From an uncultured Gemmatimonadales bacterium (GTDB taxonomy: Bacteria; Gemmatimonadota; Gemmatimonadetes; Gemmatimonadales; GWC2-71-9), in assembly GCA_963748815.1 (NCBI GenBank), contig CAVVKJ010000010.1:64001-128000 (forward strand): a stretch of DNA of 64,000 bases. The letters are read 5' to 3'. Made by a program: the position numbers and the translations under genes. The notes below the pieces were generated by a model. The model was not told the DNA's origin. It did no database searches and worked only from the letters and a program-made list of their open reading frames with translations. Below are positions 1 to 10,021 of this stretch, one piece after another (within the stretch, counting starts at the first letter, position 1; every line of letters starts with the position of its first letter).

Positions 1-515
1 GCCGAGACCGACCGCGCCATCAAGGACCCTCTGACCGGCCTGCTCAATCGCCGCGGACTTGTCGGAGCGGATGGGACTGCTCGGGCCCGAACGCGGCGCG
101 CTTATTTCGCTCGACTTCGACAAGTTCAAGCTGCTGAACGACACCCTCGGCCATGCGGCGGGAGACGCCGCGCTGATCCACCTGGCGCGCATTCTCCAGG
201 AGCAGGTCCGTGGCGTCGATTCGGCGGCGCGGGTCGGTGGGGAGGAGTTTCTGCTCTGGTTGCCGGGGACCACCCTCGAGGAGGGTGTGCGAGTCGCGGA
301 ACGTATCAGGGTGCGGCTTGGGGACCGGCGGGTGGGACTGGCAGGGACGGTCCTGGCCGCTCTCCGCCTCGTTCGGGGTGGCGGGGTGGCCCGAGACGAC
401 CCGAAGCAAGGAGAATCTTGCGGCCCAGGCCGACGCGGCGCTGTACGCCGCCAAGCGAGGTGGTCGGGACCGGGTGGTGACGTGGAGTACGGACTTGAAG
501 ACTTCGTCAGGTTAG
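1..515 (+). CDS. Diguanylate cyclase (GGDEF domain), 3' part only; apparent frameshifts near 60 and 325
   Basis: Joined frames read DPLTGLLNRRG...DFDKFKLLNDTLGHAAGD...RVGGEEF...SASFGVA...ADAALYAAKRGGRDRV; stop TAG at 513-515. Confidence 0.9.
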
Positions 516-623
516 AATTATGGCCTTCTCCGGCCACGGGGGCGCCGCGACTTGCCGTTCCGGGAAGGCGGGAAGACCGTCCAGGCAGGGTATTGGAACT
601 ACTTTTCTATTCGGAGAATTGTC

Positions 624-1223
624 ATGCGCGCTTCACGATTGATCCTGTTCCCCTCGCTTGTCTGTTCCGCAATGATCGCGACGGCCACGGGCTGCTCCTC
701 GGGGATGTCCGGCACCGCGACGGAATCGGTCGTTGCCACGCCGACCGGCGGGTATGCGGTCGAGACGTTCAACACGGCGGCCACCGTCACCGCCATCAGC
801 AAGAACGACCAGAAGGTCACGCTGCAGACCCCGGACGGGAAGAAGACCACGTTCAAGGCTGACTCGCAGATGGTCAACTATGCGAAATTGGCGGTGGGAG
901 ATCAGGTCGATGCCACCGTCACCGAAGCGATCGTGGTGGCGCTGTGGAAGGGAGACAATCCGCCGGCGGACGCCGCAGCGGGGGCGGTGGGGATCACCGC
1001 ACCCGGGAAGCAGACGAGCAGCATGATGGTCGCGACGGTCCGGATGACGGCCACCATCACCGCCATGGACGTGCCGAAGCGGAAGGTGACCTTCCAGTTT
1101 GAGGACGGCAGCAGCAAGACCATCAAGGTCGACAAGAGCGTGAACATGGCCAATGCTGCGGTTGGGGACCGCCTGACGATCGTGGTGACGGAAGCGGCGG
1201 CGCTGACGGTGACCAAGAAGTAG
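624..1223 (+). CDS. Hypothetical exported protein, probable lipoprotein with two beta-rich repeats
   Basis: GGAGA before ATG 624; signal ending ATG-C; repeated ATVTAI..KVTLQ / ATITAM..KVTFQ units. Confidence 0.7.
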   Translation: MRASRLILFPSLVCSAMIATATGCSSGMSGTATESVVATPTGGYAVETFNTAATVTAISKNDQKVTLQTPDGKKTTFKADSQMVNYAKLAVGDQVDATVTEAIVVALWKGDNPPADAAAGAVGITAPGKQTSSMMVATVRMTATITAMDVPKRKVTFQFEDGSSKTIKVDKSVNMANAAVGDRLTIVVTEAAALTVTKK

Positions 1224-1275
1224 GGCGATTGTTCGCCCCGGATAGCCCACCACGACCACTCGAAAGGCGACAACA

Positions 1276-2102
1276 ATGCGCAATGGTGTTTTCACGGCGA
1301 TGACGCTCCTCGTGCAGCCCGGCGTCCTTGCCGCCCAGGAGCCGGAAACCAAGGCCGACATGCAGGCAAAGGCGGAGGAGCTGGCCAAGGCCGCCCAGAA
1401 TCCGGTCGCGAACATGGTCTCGATTCCGGTCCAGTTCAATTGGACCACCGGGGGCGGGCTCGGTGACGAGACGCAGTCCGATCATCAACGTCCAGCCGGT
1501 GCTGCCGCTGGCCGATCGACGACGACTGGAATCTCATCTCTCGGACCATCGTACCGTTGGTGAGCCTGCCGGCCGGCGGGCGATCGCATCACGGGCATCG
1601 CCGACATCCAGGAGCAGCTCTACCTGACGCCGATGAAGTCGAAGGGCGCTGGTCTGGGGTGTTGGGCCCGATCTTCTCGTTCCCGACGTCGACCAACGCC
1701 GCGATCTCGACGGGACAGTTTGCGCTCGGGCCGACCTTCGTGGTCGTGCTGAAGATCGGCAAGAAGTGGGTGTACGGCGCCGTGGCGAACCAGCTCTGGC
1801 GCATCGCGGGGAGCGGCGACACCGATCAGCCATCAACTCCTTCTTCGTCCAGCCGTTCATCAACTACAATCTGAAGCGCGGGTGGGCCATCTCGACCGCA
1901 CCGCGCATCACGGCCAATTGGGATGCTGCCGAGTGGCCAGGTGTGGACTGTGCCGCTCGGCCTTGGAGTCTCGAAGATCACGGTGGTCGGGAAGCAGCCG
2001 ATGAACATCGCTCATCCAGTACTACGACAACGTGGTGCGGCCGGACGCGCTGGGTCCTCCCTGGTGCGGATGCAGTTCACGCTGCTGTATCCGAGGGACT
2101 AG
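1276..2102 (+). CDS. Outer-membrane beta-barrel/porin-like protein of the type often found near sulfatases; multiple apparent frameshifts
   Basis: Signal peptide, then ELAKAAQNPVANMVSIPVQFN, IINVQPVLP, FFVQPFINYN and a C-terminal MQFTLLYP spread over several frames. Confidence 0.65.
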
Positions 2103-2127
2103 CACCATGGGCGCGGGAGCGGTCTGG

Positions 2128-2156
2128 TTGCCCTCGTGGCACGAAAAGTGTATCAT
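2128..2156 (+). promoter_or_regulatory. Sigma70-type promoter of ssrA
   Basis: TTGCCC (2128-2133), 17 nt spacer, TATCAT (2151-2156), 14 nt upstream of the tmRNA 5' end. Confidence 0.65.
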
Positions 2157-2170
2157 TCTGACACACCCAA

Positions 2171-2532
2171 GGGGGCGATCGGCTTCGACGGGTTGGAAGA
2201 AGGAATTGCTGCGTGCCCAGGTCCAAGTCCCTGGCTAAACCGCTTGGAAACTACCAAACGCCAACGATAACCTGGCGCTGGCTGCGTAAGCTGAGCTAAC
2301 GCTCGCTTGACGCTCCTCCGTTTCGCTGAGCCCGCCCGGGGCGCGGTGGATCGGATCGAAAATCCGGGCTGGCTGAGCGCGGTCCTCCGACGCGCGAGGC
2401 GAGACTTCAGGAGGTTGTCCCCGAAGCGGCCGATTCCTTGCCGGGTCGGGGAGACGCAAGAAGAGGGATCTACGCACGTAGATGCGGTTCTGGAACCACA
2501 CTCGGACCAGGGTTCGATTCCCTGCGCCTCCA
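2171..2532 (+). ncRNA. ssrA: tmRNA, tag peptide (A)ANDNLALAA
   Basis: 5' GGGGGCG pairs with 3' CGCCTCC-A including the G3:U alanine wobble; T-arm GGTTCGATTCC; tag frame GCC AAC GAT AAC CTG GCG CTG GCT GCG TAA at 2260-2289. Confidence 0.97.
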
Positions 2533-2540
2533 CTAGGGAA

Positions 2541-2682
2541 GAGGACTGAGAGAAAGAGGACTGAGGACTGAGAGGGCTTGCCCTCGAAGACCTCAGTCCT
2601 TTTCTTCAGTGCCCTGCTCCTAGTCCTCAGTCCTCAGTCCTCAGTCCTCAGTCCTCCTCCCCTTCCTCAGTCCTCAGTCCTC
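2541..2682. repeat. Inverted arrays of a heptamer, GAGGACT then AGTCCTC
   Basis: GAGGACT at 2541, 2556, 2563; AGTCCTC five times in tandem at 2622-2656 and twice at 2669-2682. Confidence 0.9.
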
Positions 2683-2808
2683 CCATCACATGATTGTGAC
2701 CATTTCCAGACCTTTACGGGGCACCCGGAAGGTCCTACGTTTCCCAAATCTGTGGGGTGGCAGCGCACTGCGCCCCGGCGATCTCCCCCCTGAATCGTTG
2801 GAGGATGG

Positions 2809-5300
2809 ATGTTCCCGACAAGTCATCGTCGCTCTTCGTCCCTTGCCCTGCTCGGCTGGGCTGCCGCTGGCAGCCCAGCAGACCACTGGCAAGCCGGGCT
2901 CGCCGAGCGCCACGACCACGATCGACGGCCGCTACCTGCCCGACTCCCCGAGCCCGTTCGGCGGCGTCATCAAGAACGAGCGCCCTGGAGTCCACGCCGT
3001 GGTGGCCGCCGCGCATCGTGCCGCCGCAAGCAGGCGCCCAACGTGCTGCTCATCATGACCGACGACGCCGGGTTCGGCGTCGCCGGCACCTTCGGCGGCG
3101 TCATCCCGACCCCGGCGATGGACCGCATCGCGCAGCGCGGGACTCCGCTACACCCAGTTCCATTCGACGGCGCTCTGCTCGCCGACGCGCGCGGCGCTCA
3201 TCACCGGGCGCAACCACCACTCGGTCGGGCTTCGGCGTCATCTCCGAACAGTCCACCGGGTACCCGGGCTACAACTGCGATCATCGGTCCGGACAACGCC
3301 ACGATCGGCAGCATTCTGCGCGACAACGGCTACGCCACCTCCTGGTTCGGCAAGAATCACAACACCCCCGCGCTTCCAGTCCAGTCAGTCGCCGGTCCGT
3401 TCGATCAATGGCCGAACGGGATGGGCTTCGAGTATTTCTACGGGTTCATGGGCGGCGAGACCAACCAGTGGACGCCCTACCTGTTCCGCGAACACGACCC
3501 AGATCTACCCCTGGATCGGCAAGCCGGGGTACAACCTGACCACCGACATGGCGGACGACGCCATCACCTACATCAACCAGCTGCAAGGCCGACCGCACCC
3601 GAGCAAGCCGTTCTTCATCTACTACGTGCCGGGCGGCACGCACGCGCCGCACCAGCCGACCCCGGAATGGATCGCCAAGTTCAAGGGCAAGTTCGACATG
3701 GGGTGGAACGCGCTGCGGGACAGCATCTTCGCCAACCAGAAGCGGCTCGGCGTCATCCCGGCCAACACGCAGCTGACGCCCGTGGCCGGACGACCTGCCG
3801 AAGTGGGACACGCTGACTGCCCGAGGAGAAGAAGCTCTTCGCCCGGCAGGTGGAGGTCTTCGCCGCCTACGTGGCCTACACCGACTACGAGATCGGCCGG
3901 GTCATCCAGGCGGTCGAGGACCTGCGGGAAGCTGGACAACACGCTGATCATCTACATCGAGGGCGACAACGGCACCAGCGCCGAGGGCAGCACGATCGGG
4001 ACGCCCAATCGACGTGGCGTCGCTTCGAGGGCATCCAACATGCCGGTCGCCGAGCAGATGAAGTACTACGACGTCTGGGGTTCGGACGAGACCTAGCCGC
4101 ACATGTCGGTCGGCCTGGTCGTGGGCCTTCGACACGCCGTTCAAGTGGACCAAGCAGGTCGCCTCGCTCTTCGGCGGCACCCGCCAGGGGATGGCGATGT
4201 CGTGGCCGGGCCACATCACCGACGTCGGGGGCATCCGGACCCAGTTCCACCACATGATCGACATCGTGCCGACGCTCCTCGAGGCGACCGGCATCGAGGC
4301 CCCGGCCATGGTGAATCGGCGTGGAGCCAGACGACCGATCGAGGGCGTCAGCATGGCCTACACCTGGCCGAAGGACAGCGCCGAGGTGGCGTCCCACCGC
4401 ACGACGCAGTACTTCGAGATGTTCGGCAACCGGGCGCTCTACCACGACGGCTGGATTGCGGCCACCACGCCTCCGGCGGCCCCCTGGCTGATGGGGCAGG
4501 CGAAGATGCCCGCGAACGTCGTCAACGGCTACACCTGGGAGCTCTACAACCTCGACGAACGACTTCTCCCAGAACAACGACCTGGCCGCCAAGAATCCCG
4601 GACAAGTTCAAGGAACTGCAGGAGCTCTTCCTGGTCGAGGCGACCAAGTACCACGTCTTCCCGCTCGACAACTCGGTCCTCGCGCGCATCGTGGCACCCC
4701 GGCCGAGCGCCACCGCCGGGCGGGACTCTTCAGCTACACGCGGCCCGATGGTCGGCCTCCCGCTCAGCGACGCGCCCCAGCTGCTGACCAGGTCGTTTAC
4801 CATCACGGCGGACGTCGGACGTCCCGAAGGGCGGGGGCGACGGGGTGCTGGCTGACGCCGGGCGGGCGATTCGGCGGGTACGGGCTGTACCTGCTGAAGG
4901 GCAAGCCGGTCTTCACCTACAACCTGGTCGACGCTGGAGCACTTCCGGTGGGCAGGGCGCACAGGCGCTGACGCCGGGGCGGCACACCATCGTCTTCGAC
5001 TTCAACTACGAGGGCCCCGGCTTCGGCAAGGGCGGCAGACGGCGGTGCCCTCACGGTGGACGGCAAGATGGTCGCCACGAAGTCGATCCCGCAGACGATT
5101 CCGTTCCTCATGCCGATCGACGAGACGTTCGACATCGGCTCCGACACCCGGACCAGCGTCAACGACGACCGACTACACGCTCGCCGTTCACCTTCACCGG
5201 CACAGCTCAACAAGCTGACGGTCAAGCTCGATCCGGCTCAGCTGCTCGCCGGGGACGAGCAGAAGATGCAGGCGCACCAGGCGAGCGCGCGGACGACTAG
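2809..5300 (+). CDS. Exported Cys-type arylsulfatase; many apparent frameshifts
   Basis: PNVLLIMTDDAGFG; CSPTRAALITG (CxPxR motif, Cys codon 3176); GYATSWFGKNH; GDNG; start approximate. Confidence 0.9.
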
Positions 5301-5327
5301 TAGGGACTGGCGCAAGGGGCTGAACGA

Positions 5328-5367
5328 AACCGGGGACCCCGGGGCAATTGCCCTGGGGTCCCCGGTT
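5328..5367. terminator. Long hairpin between convergent genes
   Basis: AACCGGGGACCCC...GGGGTCCCCGGTT near-perfect palindrome. Confidence 0.7.
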
Positions 5368-5392
5368 GCTTTGCCGTTGCGCTTCCCGTGTG

Positions 5393-5447
5393 GTCATCCC
5401 CGCGCACGCGGGGTCCAGTCACTGGATTCCCGCGTGCGCGGAATGAC
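5393..5447. repeat. REP-type inverted doublet
   Basis: GTCATCCCCGCGCACGCGGGGTCCAG facing CTGGATTCCCGCGTGCGCGGAATGAC; resembles the widespread GTCATTCCCGCG...GGAATCCAG REP family. Confidence 0.75.
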
Positions 5448-5461
5448 GGGCGTCCCGTCTC

Positions 5462-5965
5462 CTAGATGTGCCCCTCCAGATCAATCTTCTTGATCTTCTC
5501 TTCCTGCTCCTTGCGGAACTCCTTCAGCTTCTCGGCCAGGGACTTGTCGTATCGCGCCAGCATCGACACCGCGAAGAGCGCGGCGTTGTGGGCGCCCGCA
5601 TCGCCGATGGCAAAGGTGGCCACCGGGATGCCGGCCGGCATCTGCACCGTGGAGAGGAGCGCGTCCATCCCCTGGAGGTGCCGCCCCGGCATCGGGACGC
5701 CGAGCACCGGGATGGTGGTGCCGGCGGCCATCACGCCCGCCAGGTGTGCCGCCATGCCGGCGGCGGCGATAATGCACTTCAGGCCACGTTCCTCTGCGGT
5801 GGTGGCGTACTCGTGGGCCAGGGCGGGGGAGCGGTGGGCCGAGATGACCCGGCTCTCGCAGGGCACGCCAAAATGCGCCAGCCGGTTCGCGGCATGGAGC
5901 ATCACCGGCCAGTCGGAAGCACTGCCCATCACGATGCCGACCAGGGGGGTCGTCGCTTTCATCAT
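5462..5965 (-). CDS. purE: N5-CAIR mutase / AIR carboxylase catalytic subunit
   Basis: VGIVMGSASD, SAHRSP, AAHLAG, LLSTVQMPAGIPVAT. Confidence 0.97.
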   Translation of the reverse strand: MMKATTPLVGIVMGSASDWPVMLHAANRLAHFGVPCESRVISAHRSPALAHEYATTAEERGLKCIIAAAGMAAHLAGVMAAGTTIPVLGVPMPGRHLQGMDALLSTVQMPAGIPVATFAIGDAGAHNAALFAVSMLARYDKSLAEKLKEFRKEQEEKIKKIDLEGHI

Positions 5966-8616
5966 ACCGTCGCTTTCGTGCGGTCCATGGTGCCGCGTTT
6001 GGCGAGCGCCGCCTGCGCGGCGGCGAGCCGCGCGATCGGCACCCGGAAGGGTGAACAGCTCACGTAATTCATCCCGAGATCATCGCAAAAGGCGATCGCG
6101 GCGGGCTCGCCGCCATGCTCGCCGCAGATGCCGAGCTTGAGATCCTGCCGCGTCCGGCGCCCGAGCTCGCAGGCCATCGTCACGAGCTTGCCGACGCCGG
6201 CCTGGTCGAGGACCTGGAAGGGGTCGTCGGGGATGATGCCATGCTCGAGGTAGTACGGCAGGAAGCTCCCGGCGTCGTCGCGCGAGAGTCCCCAGGTCAT
6301 CTGGGTCAGGTCGTTGGTGCCGAAGCTGAAGAACTGCGCCTCGCCGGCGATCTCGTCGGCGGTGAGCGCCGCCCGGGGGACCTCGATCATGGTCCCCAGC
6401 AGGTAGGGCACCGTCAGCTGCCGCTCCCGAAACACCTCCTCGGCCACCTGGCGGACGACGAGCGCCTGCCGCCGGTACTCCACGACGGTGGAGGTCAGCG
6501 GCAGCATCACCTCCGGCTGGACCCGGCCCTTCCGCGCGGCGACGGTGCAGGCCGCCTCGAAGATGGCCCGTGCCTGCATGGCGGTGATTTCGGGGTGGAT
6601 GATGCCGAGCCGGCAGCCGCGGAGCCCGAGCATCGGGTTCTGCTCCTTGAGGCGGTCCACGATCAGCTGCAACTCCTTCGGATCCTTCCCCATTTCGCGC
6701 GCCAGCCCTGCCAGCTCCTCGGGGTCGTGGGGCAGGAACTCGTGGAGCGGCGGGTCGAGCAGCCGGATGGTGACCGGATACCCCTCCATCGCGCGGAAGA
6801 TGCCCTCGAAGTCGCCCCGCTGCATCGGCAGCAGCCGGGCGAGCGCCTTCTTGCGCCCCTCGTCGTCGGAGGCCACGATCATCTCCCGCATGGCGGAGAG
6901 GCGGTCGCCCTCGAAGAACATGTGCTCGGTCCGGCAGAGTCCGATTCCTTCGGCGCCGAAGTCGCGGCCCTTGTGCGCGTCCGCCGGGGTGTCGGCGTTG
7001 ACCCGGATCCGGAGGGTGCGCACCTTGTCGGCCCAGCCGAGGAGCTTGTCGAAGTTGCCGGAGACTTCCGGGGTCACCAGCGCCGCCCGGCCGGCCAGCA
7101 CCCGTCCGGTGGCGCCGTCGAGCGTGATCCACTCGCCCTCGCTGATGGTCCGCCCGTCGACCGAGAAGCGTCCCGCGTCCTCGTCGACGTTGAGCTCCTG
7201 CGCACCTGCCACGCATGGTTTCCCCATGCCGCGCGCCACCACCGCGGCGTGGGAGGTCATCCCCCCGCGCGCCGTCAGGATCGCCTTCGCTTCCACCATG
7301 CCGTGGAAGTCTTCGGGGCTCGTCTCCCGGCGCACCAGGATGACCGCCTCGCCCTTCTTGCCCAGCTCCTCCGCGCGGTTGGCCGAGAAGACCACGGCCC
7401 CCGACGCGGCGCCTGGCGAGGCCGGTAGCCCGGTGGTCAGCAGGTCGAGCGTGGCCTTGGGGTCGATGGTCGGGTGCAGGAGCTGGTCGAGGTCCATGGG
7501 GGGAATGCGGGCGACCGCTTCCTCCTGCGTGATGAGCCCCTCGTCGACCATTTCGCAGGCGATGCGCACCGAGGCGTGCCCGGTGCGCTGCGCGCGCCGG
7601 GTCTGCAGCATGTAGAGCTTGCCATTCTCGATGGTGAACTCGAGATCCTGCACGTCCCGGAAATGCCGCTCCAGCGTCCGTGCCACCCGCTCGAGCTCGG
7701 CGAACGCGGCGGGGAGCGCCCCCTGCAGCGTCTCGATCGGTTCCGGGTCGCGGGAGCCGCTCACCACATCCTCGCCCTGCGCGTTGAGCAGGTACTCCCC
7801 GTACAGCTTGTCCTCGCCGGTGGAGGGGTCACGGGTAAACGCGACGCCGGTGCCCGAGCCCTCGCCCAGGTTCCCGAAGACCATCGTCACGATGTTGACG
7901 GCGGTGCCCATCGAGTCGGGAATGTCGTGCAGGCGGCGATAGTCGATGGCCCGCTTGGTGTGCCAGCTCTCGAAGACCGCCTCGATGGCGCCCCACAGCT
8001 GGTCGAGGGGGCGGTCCGGGAACGGCTTGCCGGTGGCGGCGGTGATGTGCGCCTTGAATTCCCGCACGAGCGCCTGCATCGCCTCGGCCGGGAGATCGAT
8101 GTCGCGTGAGACACCCGCGGCGTGCTTCCGCTGCTCGAGCATCTCCTCGAACGGCGCCTTGGGGAGGTCGAAGACGACCGCGCCGTACATCTGCACGAAC
8201 CGCCGGTAGGAATCCCAGGCGAAGCGGGGGTTCTTGCTCTGCCTCGCGAGCCCCTCGACCGTGTCGTCGTTGAGACCGAGGTTGAGGATCGTCTCCATCA
8301 TCCCGGGCATCGACACCGCCGCTCCCGAACGCACCGACACGAGGAGCGGGTCGGCCGCGCCGCCGAAAATCTTGCCGGTGGCCGCCTCGAGCCGCTGCAA
8401 CGCCGCCTCGACCTGCTGGAGCAGGCGCGGCGGAAACTGGCGTGATTCGAGGTAGGCGATGCAGATGGAGCTGGCGATGGTGAATCCCGGCGGGACCGGA
8501 ATGCCGATGTTGGTCATCTCGGCGAGGCCGGCGCCCTTGCCACCGAGGAGGTCCTTCATGGCCGCCGTGCCGTCGGCGCGGCCCTGGCCGAAGAAGTAGA
8601 CGAGTGGTTGCGTCAT
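5962..8616 (-). CDS. ppdK: Pyruvate, phosphate dikinase
   Basis: LLGGKGAGLAEM, VSVRSGA, GGMTSHAAVVARG (phospho-His), GLCRTEHMF, GICGEHGG. Confidence 0.97.
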   Translation of the reverse strand: MTQPLVYFFGQGRADGTAAMKDLLGGKGAGLAEMTNIGIPVPPGFTIASSICIAYLESRQFPPRLLQQVEAALQRLEAATGKIFGGAADPLLVSVRSGAAVSMPGMMETILNLGLNDDTVEGLARQSKNPRFAWDSYRRFVQMYGAVVFDLPKAPFEEMLEQRKHAAGVSRDIDLPAEAMQALVREFKAHITAATGKPFPDRPLDQLWGAIEAVFESWHTKRAIDYRRLHDIPDSMGTAVNIVTMVFGNLGEGSGTGVAFTRDPSTGEDKLYGEYLLNAQGEDVVSGSRDPEPIETLQGALPAAFAELERVARTLERHFRDVQDLEFTIENGKLYMLQTRRAQRTGHASVRIACEMVDEGLITQEEAVARIPPMDLDQLLHPTIDPKATLDLLTTGLPASPGAASGAVVFSANRAEELGKKGEAVILVRRETSPEDFHGMVEAKAILTARGGMTSHAAVVARGMGKPCVAGAQELNVDEDAGRFSVDGRTISEGEWITLDGATGRVLAGRAALVTPEVSGNFDKLLGWADKVRTLRIRVNADTPADAHKGRDFGAEGIGLCRTEHMFFEGDRLSAMREMIVASDDEGRKKALARLLPMQRGDFEGIFRAMEGYPVTIRLLDPPLHEFLPHDPEELAGLAREMGKDPKELQLIVDRLKEQNPMLGLRGCRLGIIHPEITAMQARAIFEAACTVAARKGRVQPEVMLPLTSTVVEYRRQALVVRQVAEEVFRERQLTVPYLLGTMIEVPRAALTADEIAGEAQFFSFGTNDLTQMTWGLSRDDAGSFLPYYLEHGIIPDDPFQVLDQAGVGKLVTMACELGRRTRQDLKLGICGEHGGEPAAIAFCDDLGMNYVSCSPFRVPIARLAAAQAALAKRGTMDRTKATV

Positions 8617-10018
8617 GCCGCCGGTCATGCGTCGACTCGCAGTCAGGGGAGACGAGTGCTGGATCGGGACGACCGCGTCCGGGACGGCGGTCGGGTAGTC
8701 GCCAGAGAAACAGGCGTGGCAGAAGGGGCCGCCGCCGGCGGCGCCCACCATGCCGTCGAGGCTCAGATAGCCGAGGGTGTCCACGCCGAGATAGGCGCGG
8801 ATCTCTTCCATCGAATGGGTGGAGGCGATGAGCTCTTCCCGGGTGGGCGTGTCGATGCCGTAGTGGCAGGGTCCCGTGATGGGCGGCGAGGCGAGGCGGA
8901 GATGCACCTCCCGCGCCCCGGCGGCGCGGATCATCTGGACCAGCCCGCGGCTCGTGGTGCCGCGGACCAGGCTGTCGTCGACGACGACGACCTTCTTCCC
9001 TTCGATGATGCCGCGCACCGGGTTGAACTTGATCTTGACCTTGGCCACCCGGAGCGCCTGGGTCGGGTGGATGAAGGTCCGCCCGACGTAGTGGTTGCGG
9101 ATCAGGCCGTGCTCCAGCTTGATGCCGGACACCTCGCTGAAGCCGAGCGCCATGGCGTTGCTGCTGTCCGGCACCGAGAAGACCACATCCGCGCCCGGCG
9201 CAGGGTGCTCCAGCGCGAGCCGCCGCCCGGCCTCGCGGCGGACGCGGTCGACCGACATCCCGAAGATGGTCGCTGTCGGGGCGGGCAAAGTAGATCAGCT
9301 CGAAGACGCAGCGGCTGACCGGCTTGGCCCGGAGCGGCTGCAGGTCCTCGATGACGCCGTCGGTGATGCGCACGAACTCGCCCGGCTTCAGTTCGCGGAT
9401 GAAGGTCGCGCCGACCAGGTCGAGGGCGCAGGTCTCGCTGGCCGCCACGACACCCGTGCCCAGCCGCCCCAGCACCAGCGGCCGGAACCCCCGCGGGTCG
9501 ACCACGGCGTAGAGTGTGCGGCCGACCCCGATGACCAGGCTGTAGGCCCCCTCCACCCGGGTCAGCGCCGACCGAATCTGGAGCTCGGGGTCGGGGACTT
9601 CGGACCGTGCAATCAGGTGGACCAGCACCTCGGTGTCGCTCGAGGAGGTGAAGATCGAGCCGCGCTCCACGAGGGTCTTCTTGATCTCGGCGGCGTTGGT
9701 CAGGTTGCCGTTGTGCGCCACGCAGAGCGACCCGATCCGGTAGTTGACCAGGCAGGGTTGCGCGTTGGCCAGCACGGTGCTGCCGGTGGTGGAGTACCGG
9801 GTATGCCCGACCGCCACGTCGCCGGGCAGCTGCTCCAGCTCCGCCTCACCGAAGGTTTCGGAGACGAGGCCCATGCCGACCTTGACCCGGGATTCGCCGT
9901 CGGGCGTGATGGCCACGATGCCGGCGCTCTCCTGTCCGCGGTGCTGCAGCGCGTAGAGACCGAGATAGGCCACGCGGGCCGCATCGGGAACGCCGGACAC
10001 TCCCATGATTCCACACAT
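8613..10018 (-). CDS. purF: Amidophosphoribosyltransferase; frameshift near 9270, 3' end uncertain (runs in frame into ppdK as sequenced)
   Basis: N-terminal MCGI, LQHRGQESAG, GHTRYST, HNGN; second frame has VVVDDSLVRGTT, CHYGIDTP, CHACFSGDYP. Confidence 0.95.
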
Positions 10019-10021
10019 TGG

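Noticed and set aside
2541..2682. CRISPR array
   Set aside because: 7-bp tandem units with no spacers and no cas genes.
2686..2699. TCACA-N4-TGTGA as a CRP site
   Set aside because: Half-sites are in the opposite order and spacing to TGTGA-N6-TCACA; may be chance or another operator.
2171..5460. Integrative element at ssrA
   Set aside because: No integrase and no repeated ssrA 3' end found.
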